DNA from: a virus
Taxonomy: Duplodnaviria > Heunggongvirae > Uroviricota > Caudoviricetes
DNA: 64,000 bases
IMG/VR virus record: IMGVR_UViG_3300025597_000613
Coordinates: 87,495 to 151,494 of that record
Strand: one strand, 5' to 3'
Position numbers and translations under genes: made by a program. The notes below the pieces were generated by a model, which worked only from the letters and a program-made list of their open reading frames with translations, ran no database searches and had not been told where the DNA came from. Shown piece by piece: positions 56,546 through 64,000 of the stretch. How positions within the stretch are numbered: position 1 is the stretch's first letter; the number at the start of each line of letters is the position of its first letter.

Positions 56546-56589
56546 ATTTGGCTCCCAAATAAGTTATGAGTTGCGAAGTCTCTCTTCGC
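56545..56589 (-). promoter_or_regulatory. Twin-hairpin leader of nadM
   Basis: GCGAAG-AGAGA-CTTCGC, then TATTTG-GGAGC-CAAATA(TG). Confidence 0.6.
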
Positions 56590-56626
56590 GTACTATTTAG
56601 CCTTTACTATAGCACAGGCGTGCTAT

Positions 56627-56968
56627 TTAGGGCGACCGACGGCGTGCCATCAGGCCCTTCAAAACCTCATTGTCGACGTAGGGCTTATCTCCCCTCAACT
56701 TATCAACAATCTGTTGTCGTTCGATTTCAAGAGATTCATTATATTTCTGCCATTGTTCCTTTATAGATCTATAAACGGCATATATCAACACCAATGAGAG
56801 CACTGCAACGATAGCAATAAAGAAAATAAGTAATGCCTTGATTCCAAAGATCATGCAACCTGGAACAAGAATTCCTATTAGAAAGAGAAGAATAGTCAGA
56901 ATTTTTGCATCCACACTGCTCTGTTCCCAAAGCCATCTTAGAAAATTAAGAATCTTCATTCTTTTCAT
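56627..56968 (-). CDS. Two-TM membrane protein
   Basis: Two hydrophobic helices and a coiled C-terminus. Confidence 0.7.
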   Translation of the reverse strand: MKRMKILNFLRWLWEQSSVDAKILTILLFLIGILVPGCMIFGIKALLIFFIAIVAVLSLVLIYAVYRSIKEQWQKYNESLEIERQQIVDKLRGDKPYVDNEVLKGLMARRRSP

Positions 56969-57104
56969 CCTTCTTGGTTTGATCCTGTAGGATTCTCATA
57001 AATTCTTCCTCTTCACCCTCGGTCCATTCAATGTACTCCTCGAGGGTGAAATCATCAACAACATCCTTGGGTAAAGGTTGCACAGGTTTCTTATTCTGTG
57101 TCAT
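56946..57104 (-). CDS. 52 aa acidic protein
   Basis: Start MTQNKK; EYIEWTEGEEEEF. Confidence 0.55.
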   Translation of the reverse strand: MTQNKKPVQPLPKDVVDDFTLEEYIEWTEGEEEEFMRILQDQTKKDEKNEDS

Positions 57105-57528
57105 GCTTTTTCCTTTCAGCTTCATAAACTCTATTTCGTAAACTTGTTGTAGAAAATCCGTGATTTCTAGAATTGAAAACAACCTTTGTATGCATGTACG
57201 GAATATCCCACCCTGTATATTGTTTGCCTTCCCAATCTGCACCAATAAATCGTTTGTCAAATTTTACAGAACATAAGAGATTGCGTAAATCTTGTTCGGT
57301 TTCATACACAATCACCTCATCTACATATTTACAGGCACGCACCTGTAGATACCGTTCATGTGTACTTTGTACAGGTACATTCTTCTCAGGTCGATCGATG
57401 TTAGGGTTTGTCTGTAGGAACACAATTAGATAATCGCATTGTCCCTTACATTCTTCAAACATTAGATAATGGCCGGCATGTGTTAGGTCGAAGCTACCGG
57501 CAGTAACTCCAATAACACCCTTTGTCAT
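57091..57528 (-). CDS. TagD-like cytidylyltransferase
   Basis: TAGSFDLTHAGH...ER...CKYVDEV...SRNHGFSTT. Confidence 0.85.
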   Translation of the reverse strand: MTKGVIGVTAGSFDLTHAGHYLMFEECKGQCDYLIVFLQTNPNIDRPEKNVPVQSTHERYLQVRACKYVDEVIVYETEQDLRNLLCSVKFDKRFIGADWEGKQYTGWDIPYMHTKVVFNSRNHGFSTTSLRNRVYEAERKKHDTE

Positions 57529-57725
57529 TCTGGTTTCCTACCTGTCGGAAAAGGCCATCGAGTTGGATTGGATAGATCTTCATTGAGTTCTTCCTCGGAT
57601 GTACCTTCCTTAGGGAAAGGCCATTCATTATCCGAAATCACATCTTTATCCTTGGCTAATTTCCATGGGCGCGGCGGGTTAAGTTTTGCCCCCACTTTAT
57701 CTCCATTTTTAGTCTTTTTTGTCAA
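57525..57725 (-). CDS. Small disordered protein with WPFP motifs
   Basis: NEWPFP and RWPFPTG. Confidence 0.6.
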   Translation of the reverse strand: MTKKTKNGDKVGAKLNPPRPWKLAKDKDVISDNEWPFPKEGTSEEELNEDLSNPTRWPFPTGRKPE

Positions 57726-57871
57726 GTTGTTGCTCCAAGCATATTATCACCGTTATTTAGAACGGCCTCTACATAGAATTCTTCCTCTTCTTCTGTAAGC
57801 TCCATTCCATCGGCAAGTTTTTCTTCAATCAATGCCAATTTTTCATAATCTTCATCAGTGAGAATATCCAT
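57722..57871 (-). CDS. 49 aa highly acidic protein (not in the ORF track)
   Basis: MDILTDEDYEKLALIEEKLADGMELTEEEEEFYVEAVLNNGDNMLGATT; coupled at both ends. Confidence 0.7.
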   Translation of the reverse strand: MDILTDEDYEKLALIEEKLADGMELTEEEEEFYVEAVLNNGDNMLGATT

Positions 57872-58635
57872 TATTTGAACTCCACAAATTTTTCAAACTC
57901 AAATCCCTTCCTGGTCTTCATCAAGATTGCACCACTAAGGAATCCACCCTTTCCACAACCGGTATCGAGGAAAATGACTTTGCCACCATTCTTATTACGA
58001 ACAACCATGGGCTCGGTAATAGGAACATTATGAATAGGCTGTTTATCATGTCCGACGATAACGGTCTTACCCATAGGAACTTCTTCGATCCAATTGTAGA
58101 GGCGCACAGGATACCCATCCTCGTACACTTCTCCATTTGTCTCACCAACCAGAAATCTGGAACGTGCGGTTTTCCCGACATCGGCACCATCTTCCCAGAG
58201 AGAAGGATGACTTGCCGCATGAACAACCGTAAAATCTCCAAATTTATGATAAATGCCCGATAACATTTTATCTTCGATGATTTCAGCATACATGCGCTGA
58301 AACTCTGACATGCGTTCTTCCCCGACATCAACCAATGTCTGTTTTGCTGCGTGCGAGAACCTAACACTATTTCCTTTGATTGCCCGATAATGCTTATCAT
58401 CATGATTGCCAATAGTTATACCGGCAAGGCCATCATACATCATAGAATGCATCTTGCTAACGACTTCGAAAGGTTGGCGACCGCTATCGACGAGATCACC
58501 GGTCGCCAACAGAAGAAAATTTTCGCTTCTGGAATAATTGCATGCTTTTTCGAAGGATTGGAAATCAGCATGAACGTCCCCAATGACTAACACACCATCG
58601 AGGCTTTCAAAGACATAATTCGACATTGTTGTCAT
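57871..58635 (-). CDS. Calcineurin-like metallophosphoesterase, Pnkp-phosphatase type
   Basis: GDVH, GDLVD, GNHD, HAA, GETNG...GYPVRLYNW, GHD, LDTGC. Confidence 0.88.
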   Translation of the reverse strand: MTTMSNYVFESLDGVLVIGDVHADFQSFEKACNYSRSENFLLLATGDLVDSGRQPFEVVSKMHSMMYDGLAGITIGNHDDKHYRAIKGNSVRFSHAAKQTLVDVGEERMSEFQRMYAEIIEDKMLSGIYHKFGDFTVVHAASHPSLWEDGADVGKTARSRFLVGETNGEVYEDGYPVRLYNWIEEVPMGKTVIVGHDKQPIHNVPITEPMVVRNKNGGKVIFLDTGCGKGGFLSGAILMKTRKGFEFEKFVEFK

Positions 58636-58642
58636 TTTCTTT

Positions 58643-58999
58643 TTAGGTCTTTTGAACCCAACCCATTCTATCAAAACATTCTTTTACTCTATCGGTAACA
58701 ATACCCTCATCACCGAAACAATAAAAATCCAGGTAACTCTCATTAGTATTATGATACCTATTGCGTATTGCCGCAATATATCCACCAGCAGATCGCCAGG
58801 AACATCCCCAGCATTCTTCATCCTCGCCTTTTAATCTCTTAATAATTTGCTCATCTTCGGGAATAGGTGGCGATTTTATTTTCCATTCAACATTACAGAG
58901 TGCCTGATAAAATTCAACAGCAATAGAGTGATCCTTAAGATATTCAATGACTATTCCATCCTTAAACATCTCTTCAAAAAGATCCCTCTTCATGTCCAT
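58643..58999 (-). CDS. Hypothetical protein
   Basis: 118 aa. Confidence 0.7.
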   Translation of the reverse strand: MDMKRDLFEEMFKDGIVIEYLKDHSIAVEFYQALCNVEWKIKSPPIPEDEQIIKRLKGEDEECWGCSWRSAGGYIAAIRNRYHNTNESYLDFYCFGDEGIVTDRVKECFDRMGWVQKT

Positions 59000-59781
59000 A
59001 GATTTTTACGAATTTTTATCAAACGGATGAGCATTTCGGTATCCTCTTCATCCCATTCTTGTTCCAATTCCTCTTGTCTTTTATGCTCTTCTTGCCATCT
59101 CTTATAATCCGGAGCATTACGATCAAAGTCGTCATCAAGGGATGACAAAATGCCAAGGCCCTGGTTAGAATACGGTACGGGATCAATATTCTTTCGTGCA
59201 GCCCTGTCAATGGTCCACCACTTATATAGTGCAATGATTTCCCTGGCTGTTTGTGCTTGTTCCACGCACCGTTCATGTGGTGGTAAAGAAGGATCATCTA
59301 GCGTGGCCGCCCATTCGTAATACTTCATGGCGAAGTCCGGACGACGAAGATTTCTGTTTTTCCATCTACGATAAAGTCGAATATGACGATAGAAAAAATT
59401 CTTCCTGTTAATATCTTCTTCTGGATGTTGCCAGAGGTAGTGCCATGCAGATTCAATTTCAACAAAGTCTTTTAGAATCTTGAAATTTGCATGAAGAATC
59501 TGCTCTTCTGCTCCGTGGTAGTCCGGTGAAAGATCAAGCCTAATAATATGATATCGATTAATGGTTCGATATCTAATCCAGTCATTAATTGCCTGCCATT
59601 TATGTTTTACAGGCCAGATAAAGGTTTTCTTAAATTCGTTATTTAGATAATATCTAATGGGGGCTTTTTCCTTAAATTCTTTTCTGAAATAACGCCAGCC
59701 CGTAGATGACAGAGCGCCTGGAGGATTATATGCCATCCAGGCGCTGAACTTTGAAAATATAAATCGTATCTTTTTTACCAT
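58990..59781 (-). CDS. Hypothetical Trp/Arg-rich protein
   Basis: 263 aa. Confidence 0.75.
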   Translation of the reverse strand: MVKKIRFIFSKFSAWMAYNPPGALSSTGWRYFRKEFKEKAPIRYYLNNEFKKTFIWPVKHKWQAINDWIRYRTINRYHIIRLDLSPDYHGAEEQILHANFKILKDFVEIESAWHYLWQHPEEDINRKNFFYRHIRLYRRWKNRNLRRPDFAMKYYEWAATLDDPSLPPHERCVEQAQTAREIIALYKWWTIDRAARKNIDPVPYSNQGLGILSSLDDDFDRNAPDYKRWQEEHKRQEELEQEWDEEDTEMLIRLIKIRKNLWT

Positions 59782-59784
59782 ATC

Positions 59785-59818
59785 TCTTATTGTACAATAA
59801 GATTCGGTAACTAGTCAA
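59785..59818 (-). promoter_or_regulatory. sigma70 promoter with a perfect 18-bp palindrome over the -10
   Basis: TTGACT-N18-TACAAT; TCTTATTGTACAATAAGA. Confidence 0.75.
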
Positions 59819-59821
59819 CAA

Positions 59822-60031
59822 TCAGTGGGTAGGATTTCCTCGAGAAACGAATGCATTTAGTTTATCTGCTTCTGCGATAATTTCCTCAGACGTTGGTGCT
59901 GTTGTAATCCTATCACCATTTGCCGCACCCTTTGCTTGGTGTTGTTGATGAAGAATTGTCTGTGCTAAATTCAAAAGATCTAGTCTAATTTCGTACGGTG
60001 TCTTGCTTCCTGTTTTCATATGTGTCTCCAT
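59822..60031 (-). CDS. Hypothetical phage protein
   Basis: KTPYEIRLDLL...PTSEEIIAEADKLNAFV. Confidence 0.7.
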   Translation of the reverse strand: METHMKTGSKTPYEIRLDLLNLAQTILHQQHQAKGAANGDRITTAPTSEEIIAEADKLNAFVSRGNPTH

Positions 60032-60034
60032 GTG

Positions 60035-60340
60035 TTATGTAATAATCCCTTGCTTGGGAGGTAATGCAATCTTCGAAACTGATTGTTCGTAACTTGAGCG
60101 AAGGCTTTGCGCCGGTGATGCTGTAATAATAGGCTTGCAGATCCTAATTGGTTTCTCTGCATCGGCCATCATCATAAACGGTGCAAATTGGATTCCACCT
60201 TGCGAATTTACTACCAGGCATCTTGCTTTCTCGACAAAATATGCCTGTTCAGTTTCCTCTACCACGGTTCCTACAAGTTCTTCACCTGCAGAAGTCTTAA
60301 ATACCGAAATATACGGTAATTCTTGTTTTTGTACCAACAT
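60035..60340 (-). CDS. Sm/SH3-like small beta protein
   Basis: FKTSAGEELVG...IQFAPFM pattern. Confidence 0.55.
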   Translation of the reverse strand: MLVQKQELPYISVFKTSAGEELVGTVVEETEQAYFVEKARCLVVNSQGGIQFAPFMMMADAEKPIRICKPIITASPAQSLRSSYEQSVSKIALPPKQGIIT

Positions 60341-60410
60341 ATATTCCTTTTATAAAATCAATCTATGATTCATTATACACGAAGTTCTATTATAAAACAA
60401 TCACCAAATA

Positions 60411-62993
60411 TTAACTACACTTGCCAGATCCACAATTCACACATTTCTTGCATCCTTCTTCGTAGACTATATTTGATGAATTACAATCCTGACATACCTC
60501 GCCGTGTACATGTTCGCCATCTCGAATAAATGATGCCAGAAATTTCTTAATTTGGAATAAGAAACTACCAATATACATACCCTCTACAGTATCTAATGCG
60601 GCTACAATATTCTTAATGAGAACACCGTGTCGTAGATTCAACGATATCATTCTCGCAATTTTAGAAGCATTATCACTTCCTGCAATCTTTGCAGTGACTT
60701 CGTTGATATAACTCTGTGGAATACCCTTTCTTGTAGCTAAATCATATAATTTTTCTACCGCATCGGATGTGGTTATATTCTTTTCATGATGATTTGTGTG
60801 TACAAATAAAGCAAAAGGACGAGTTTGTTGTTCATTCCACACAACCGAAAGGTACCATTTTCTTCCTTCGGCCTTTAATGTCTTCATGGAGGCTGGTGAG
60901 GAATCTGGTAATTTTACGCTTTCGAGAATAATTTCTTCGTCGTCTACTGTGGCGTTTTTCTCTTCCTTGGCAGATAGAACAGAAGTCATGGTACCAGATC
61001 TGTATGTGGTAAATCCTTTAATAAATCCGGTATTAAATACCTTCAAATAAAGACTTTTAAACTCTTCATAGCTATAATCAAACGGAATGTTACATGTCTT
61101 CGAACATGCCGAATCCGTCCACCGGGCAAATCCTTGCAAATCAGAAACATGATCGTCGACTGTCAAATTTGTCGTGGTCACAGCCCAGGGCGCAGTGGGA
61201 TCCCATTCACCCTTATTCTTTAGATATCTGACACCGTAATCCTCACATAGAATTTCTTTTGTTAATCCTCTGTTCTTATCAATTTTATAGACAATACCGT
61301 TATGAGTACCTTTTAAAATTTCTTCATCACCTTCCTTGGTGAGTTTGAATAAGTCAGTTTCATTCCATTCTCCCTCATACCATTTTGGTGTGATTGAAGA
61401 GATTTCGTCCGGTGGTGTCGAAACAATAACCGTTCTGACATATTCCGGCATAAAGATTGGTTCAATTCCACCAGAAACAACATTAGCCAAAATAGATGAA
61501 TTACCATTTGGTTGCTGGCTCATGAGTGATGAGTTTCTAATTCCTACCTTCCTCATCTTTTCCATATATTCGTCTGAAAGATTTAATTGCCTGACAAAAA
61601 CAGAATCAGCATGTTTCTCTGGAATACAATATTCAAATTTCCCCTTTTCGACCGCTAAATCAATAGATGTTTCATAGGCAGTTTGTGCAACCAATCTCAT
61701 CAGGCTCTCACGAATTCTTGATGCTTCGTCTGATGCAAATCGTATTTTCATCATAAACAGTGACGATCCCCATCCCATTATACCGAGACCAATTCGTCTC
61801 TTTTTTTGCATAGATTCTAAATACTCTGGTAATGGTGCTGAAGAATATGAATTTACATTATCAAGGAAACGAACCATATATCCTACATATTTTTTAATTG
61901 CAGGAAAATCAAAAGTTCTGTCATCTTTCACAAACTTGGTCAAATTAATACTACCAAGACAACAAATATTTCCTGGAGCCAGTGTTTGTTCACCGCATGG
62001 ATTGGTTGCATAGATAGTTTCACCGTAATTCAGGGGGTTAAAGTAATTTGCGCGATCTAGAAATAATACACCCGGCTCGGCCCTATTATATGTAGATTCC
62101 ATGATTAGATTCCATAACCATTTTACAGAGACGGTATTAAACACATTTACCGGATAACCATTTTTTATCCATAGAACAATATCGCCATTCCATTTTTCTT
62201 TGTAATATTCAGAAGTGGTCACAGGAAAAATTAGGTCCCATTTATCTAAATCATTTATCTCATTATTGATATTTTCAACAATAGATTTATCTGTTTCAGT
62301 AGATAATGCATACTCAAGTTCATTTATCTTGCTTACCCGTGACATAAAATCATCTGTACAATTCACAGAGATATTGAATTTTGTTAGTCTACCGGGTTGC
62401 TGTTTTGCTGTAATAAATTCAACAATATCTGGATGCCAAATATCTAATACACCCATCATGGCCCCTTTTCTAATTTTTCCCTTTGCTTTCTTATTGGTAG
62501 ATTTTTTCCCAGAACCAGAGGTAATAATATCAGACGCCTTATCGTATAATTCCATATATTTTACTGCGCCGGGCGATTCAACACCTATACCATTGATAAA
62601 TGAACCACGAGGACGGATATAAGAAAAGTTTTCCCCCCAGCCACCTTCTGATTTTAATGTCTGGGACTGACTTAATAAATGACCGTAAATGCCTTCAAGT
62701 GAATCTATATCATATGAATTTCTTGGACCAACAAAACAGTTTATCAACGTAGTGCCCTTCCACTCTGTTCCAGCATTAGATAATATGCGACCACCGGGAA
62801 CACCCTTAAAATCTGTTAATAATTCATAAAATTTTTCTTCCCATTCTTTACGAAGTTTTTCTGTGGATTCTGTAGATGCTATAGCACCTGCAATTCGACG
62901 CATTGTATCGTCGATATCTTTATCATTATGATCTCTATATGTAACATTCCACACTTCTTCTGAGAACGAATCTTGAAATACCGTATCTGTCAT
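60411..62993 (-). CDS. nrdJ: Class II (B12-dependent) ribonucleotide reductase
   Basis: PGGRILSNAG, INCFV, KFNISV, NPCGEQ, RRIGLG, GGIEP and a C-terminal Cys zinc-ribbon tail; no beta subunit nearby. Confidence 0.88.
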   Translation of the reverse strand: MTDTVFQDSFSEEVWNVTYRDHNDKDIDDTMRRIAGAIASTESTEKLRKEWEEKFYELLTDFKGVPGGRILSNAGTEWKGTTLINCFVGPRNSYDIDSLEGIYGHLLSQSQTLKSEGGWGENFSYIRPRGSFINGIGVESPGAVKYMELYDKASDIITSGSGKKSTNKKAKGKIRKGAMMGVLDIWHPDIVEFITAKQQPGRLTKFNISVNCTDDFMSRVSKINELEYALSTETDKSIVENINNEINDLDKWDLIFPVTTSEYYKEKWNGDIVLWIKNGYPVNVFNTVSVKWLWNLIMESTYNRAEPGVLFLDRANYFNPLNYGETIYATNPCGEQTLAPGNICCLGSINLTKFVKDDRTFDFPAIKKYVGYMVRFLDNVNSYSSAPLPEYLESMQKKRRIGLGIMGWGSSLFMMKIRFASDEASRIRESLMRLVAQTAYETSIDLAVEKGKFEYCIPEKHADSVFVRQLNLSDEYMEKMRKVGIRNSSLMSQQPNGNSSILANVVSGGIEPIFMPEYVRTVIVSTPPDEISSITPKWYEGEWNETDLFKLTKEGDEEILKGTHNGIVYKIDKNRGLTKEILCEDYGVRYLKNKGEWDPTAPWAVTTTNLTVDDHVSDLQGFARWTDSACSKTCNIPFDYSYEEFKSLYLKVFNTGFIKGFTTYRSGTMTSVLSAKEEKNATVDDEEIILESVKLPDSSPASMKTLKAEGRKWYLSVVWNEQQTRPFALFVHTNHHEKNITTSDAVEKLYDLATRKGIPQSYINEVTAKIAGSDNASKIARMISLNLRHGVLIKNIVAALDTVEGMYIGSFLFQIKKFLASFIRDGEHVHGEVCQDCNSSNIVYEEGCKKCVNCGSGKCS

Positions 62994-63011
62994 TTATACC
63001 TCATTATAATT

Positions 63012-63464
63012 TTAATCTATATTTTTTATTTGGTGTTGATGGTACCTTGTCAACACCTTTATCTCATCTTTTATATCTCGTAGACTACTTACCTCTCCCA
63101 AATAGTAATTTAGAACAAAGTGATCTTCTGTTCCGGGACAGTCGATAACTGGGATAAGGTAAATGTCTCCACCATCCTCAATAAGTTCTAGCTCAATAAC
63201 TTCATCAATATCAATTAATATCAATGTATAGAACATCAGAAGGCTGATAGAGCTCCTGCAAAAAGACCCGTGAAATAGTATTTCCCACGGGGTCGGCCAA
63301 TCCTGCGGGCTGTAGTAATCAAGTGTTCTTGAACCAATGGGAAATTTAGAGAAAAACCCTGCAATTTCCTTCAATTGTTCATCTAATGATTTGTCAACCA
63401 AATCATTACGTAAATTTTTCCAAAGGCGAAGGCGCTCTTCGTTTGGAACTGAATTCCAATTCAT
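63012..63464 (-). CDS. Hypothetical protein
   Basis: 150 aa, WPTPWEIL motif. Confidence 0.75.
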   Translation of the reverse strand: MNWNSVPNEERLRLWKNLRNDLVDKSLDEQLKEIAGFFSKFPIGSRTLDYYSPQDWPTPWEILFHGSFCRSSISLLMFYTLILIDIDEVIELELIEDGGDIYLIPVIDCPGTEDHFVLNYYLGEVSSLRDIKDEIKVLTRYHQHQIKNID

Positions 63465-63474
63465 ACTCTTCTCT

Positions 63475-64000
63475 TTATAGTGATGCCCAAATAATTGAGC
63501 TTGTACTAAAAATCAAATTTCCCGGAAAGTTGTGGATATAAGATACTTCGATATTTGTATTAGAAATATCGTAGTTTGCCTGAAAACTAATATCAAAGGC
63601 TGTGGTATTCACCTCAACACTCGAATCTGTTAGTTGAACAGGTGTCAATGGTGGAAATCCCGGTGGAGGTGGCGCTGGTACAAAAGGTACTGTTGCCGTA
63701 ATTTTCATTTCACCATTTCGTGAAAAAGAATTACCTACAAGATTTTGATCTGCCGTAGGTGCATCTGTAACACTGTATACCAGATTATAGAAAGGTGTTG
63801 GCAAATGAGTTAGTTGTGGAATAACAGTAAAAGATCCGGCAGGTGGTAATACAATTACCAATGGTTGAAATACAAGATTAGCAAGTGTTGATGTTGCTAG
63901 TTCGACATATTCTCCATTGATATTACCGATAAAGATTCTTCTCGAATCTGTGCATAGAGCAATTTCACCGGGCTGAAGGATTTCTTGTCCCGTTCCCGGG
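63475..64000 (-). CDS. Structural protein, 5' end outside the window
   Basis: Frame stays open to the window end; LQPGEIALCTDSRRIFIG resembles a fibre N-terminal motif. Confidence 0.7.
   Translation of the reverse strand, partial: PGTGQEILQPGEIALCTDSRRIFIGNINGEYVELATSTLANLVFQPLVIVLPPAGSFTVIPQLTHLPTPFYNLVYSVTDAPTADQNLVGNSFSRNGEMKITATVPFVPAPPPPGFPPLTPVQLTDSSVEVNTTAFDISFQANYDISNTNIEVSYIHNFPGNLIFSTSSIIWASL

Noticed and set aside
54570-56589. Known NAD+-I/II riboswitch or NrtR box at the NAD genes
   Set aside because: The leaders are only about 45 nt, and no matching consensus or NrtR palindrome could be recognised by eye; reported as an unassigned structure instead.
60411-62993. Intein or intron in nrdJ, polB or thyA
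   Set aside because: Motif spacing looks continuous, with no Cys...His-Asn intein ends or frame breaks in the visible parts.
1-64000. CRISPR array, canonical tRNAs, rRNA, IS elements, integrase
   Set aside because: No spaced direct repeats, standard cloverleaves or transposase/integrase motifs were seen by eye; only the aberrant tRNA-like element.
1-64000. Stop-codon reassignment
   Set aside because: Known genes are full length under code 11 and end at TAA/TGA/TAG. The CUA reading of the 6-nt anticodon loop is not supported by interrupted genes.

Overview
This is a 64 kb segment of a large (jumbo-type) tailed phage genome, almost entirely on the minus strand. The host is probably a proteobacterium. 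Evidence for a phage: a B-family DNA polymerase, T4-like clamp loader, PhoH, MazG, class II RNR, thyA, dCMP deaminase, DNA ligase, tail-fibre-like genes, and about 18 copies of a T4-type late promoter (ATAAATA) alongside sigma70 promoters. It carries many host-like genes: ClpA/ClpS/ClpP/ClpX, DnaJ, GroES, Hsp20, IF-1, bS21, SOD, IscA, a SufD-like protein, QueD/FolE and NAMPT/NadM-Nudix. The most notable observations are: (1) a six-gene operon resembling a surface-polysaccharide synthesis and remodelling cassette (processive GT2, OM beta-barrel, Pro-rich membrane protein, L,D-transpeptidase-like protein, CE4 deacetylase, GH16), with a sigma70 promoter at the front and a late promoter in front of the hydrolase; (2) a tRNA-shaped RNA with its own promoter, four intact stems and three remodelled loops, followed by a GcrA-C-terminal-like mini-protein; (3) a dispersed family of about 12 small paralogues; and (4) several recurring RNA-level regulatory designs, namely twin-hairpin leaders on both NAD salvage genes, promoters embedded in hairpins, a ROSE-like thermometer on hsp20, and leaderless late mRNAs. 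All calls come from reading motifs by eye; no database searches or folding programs were run.
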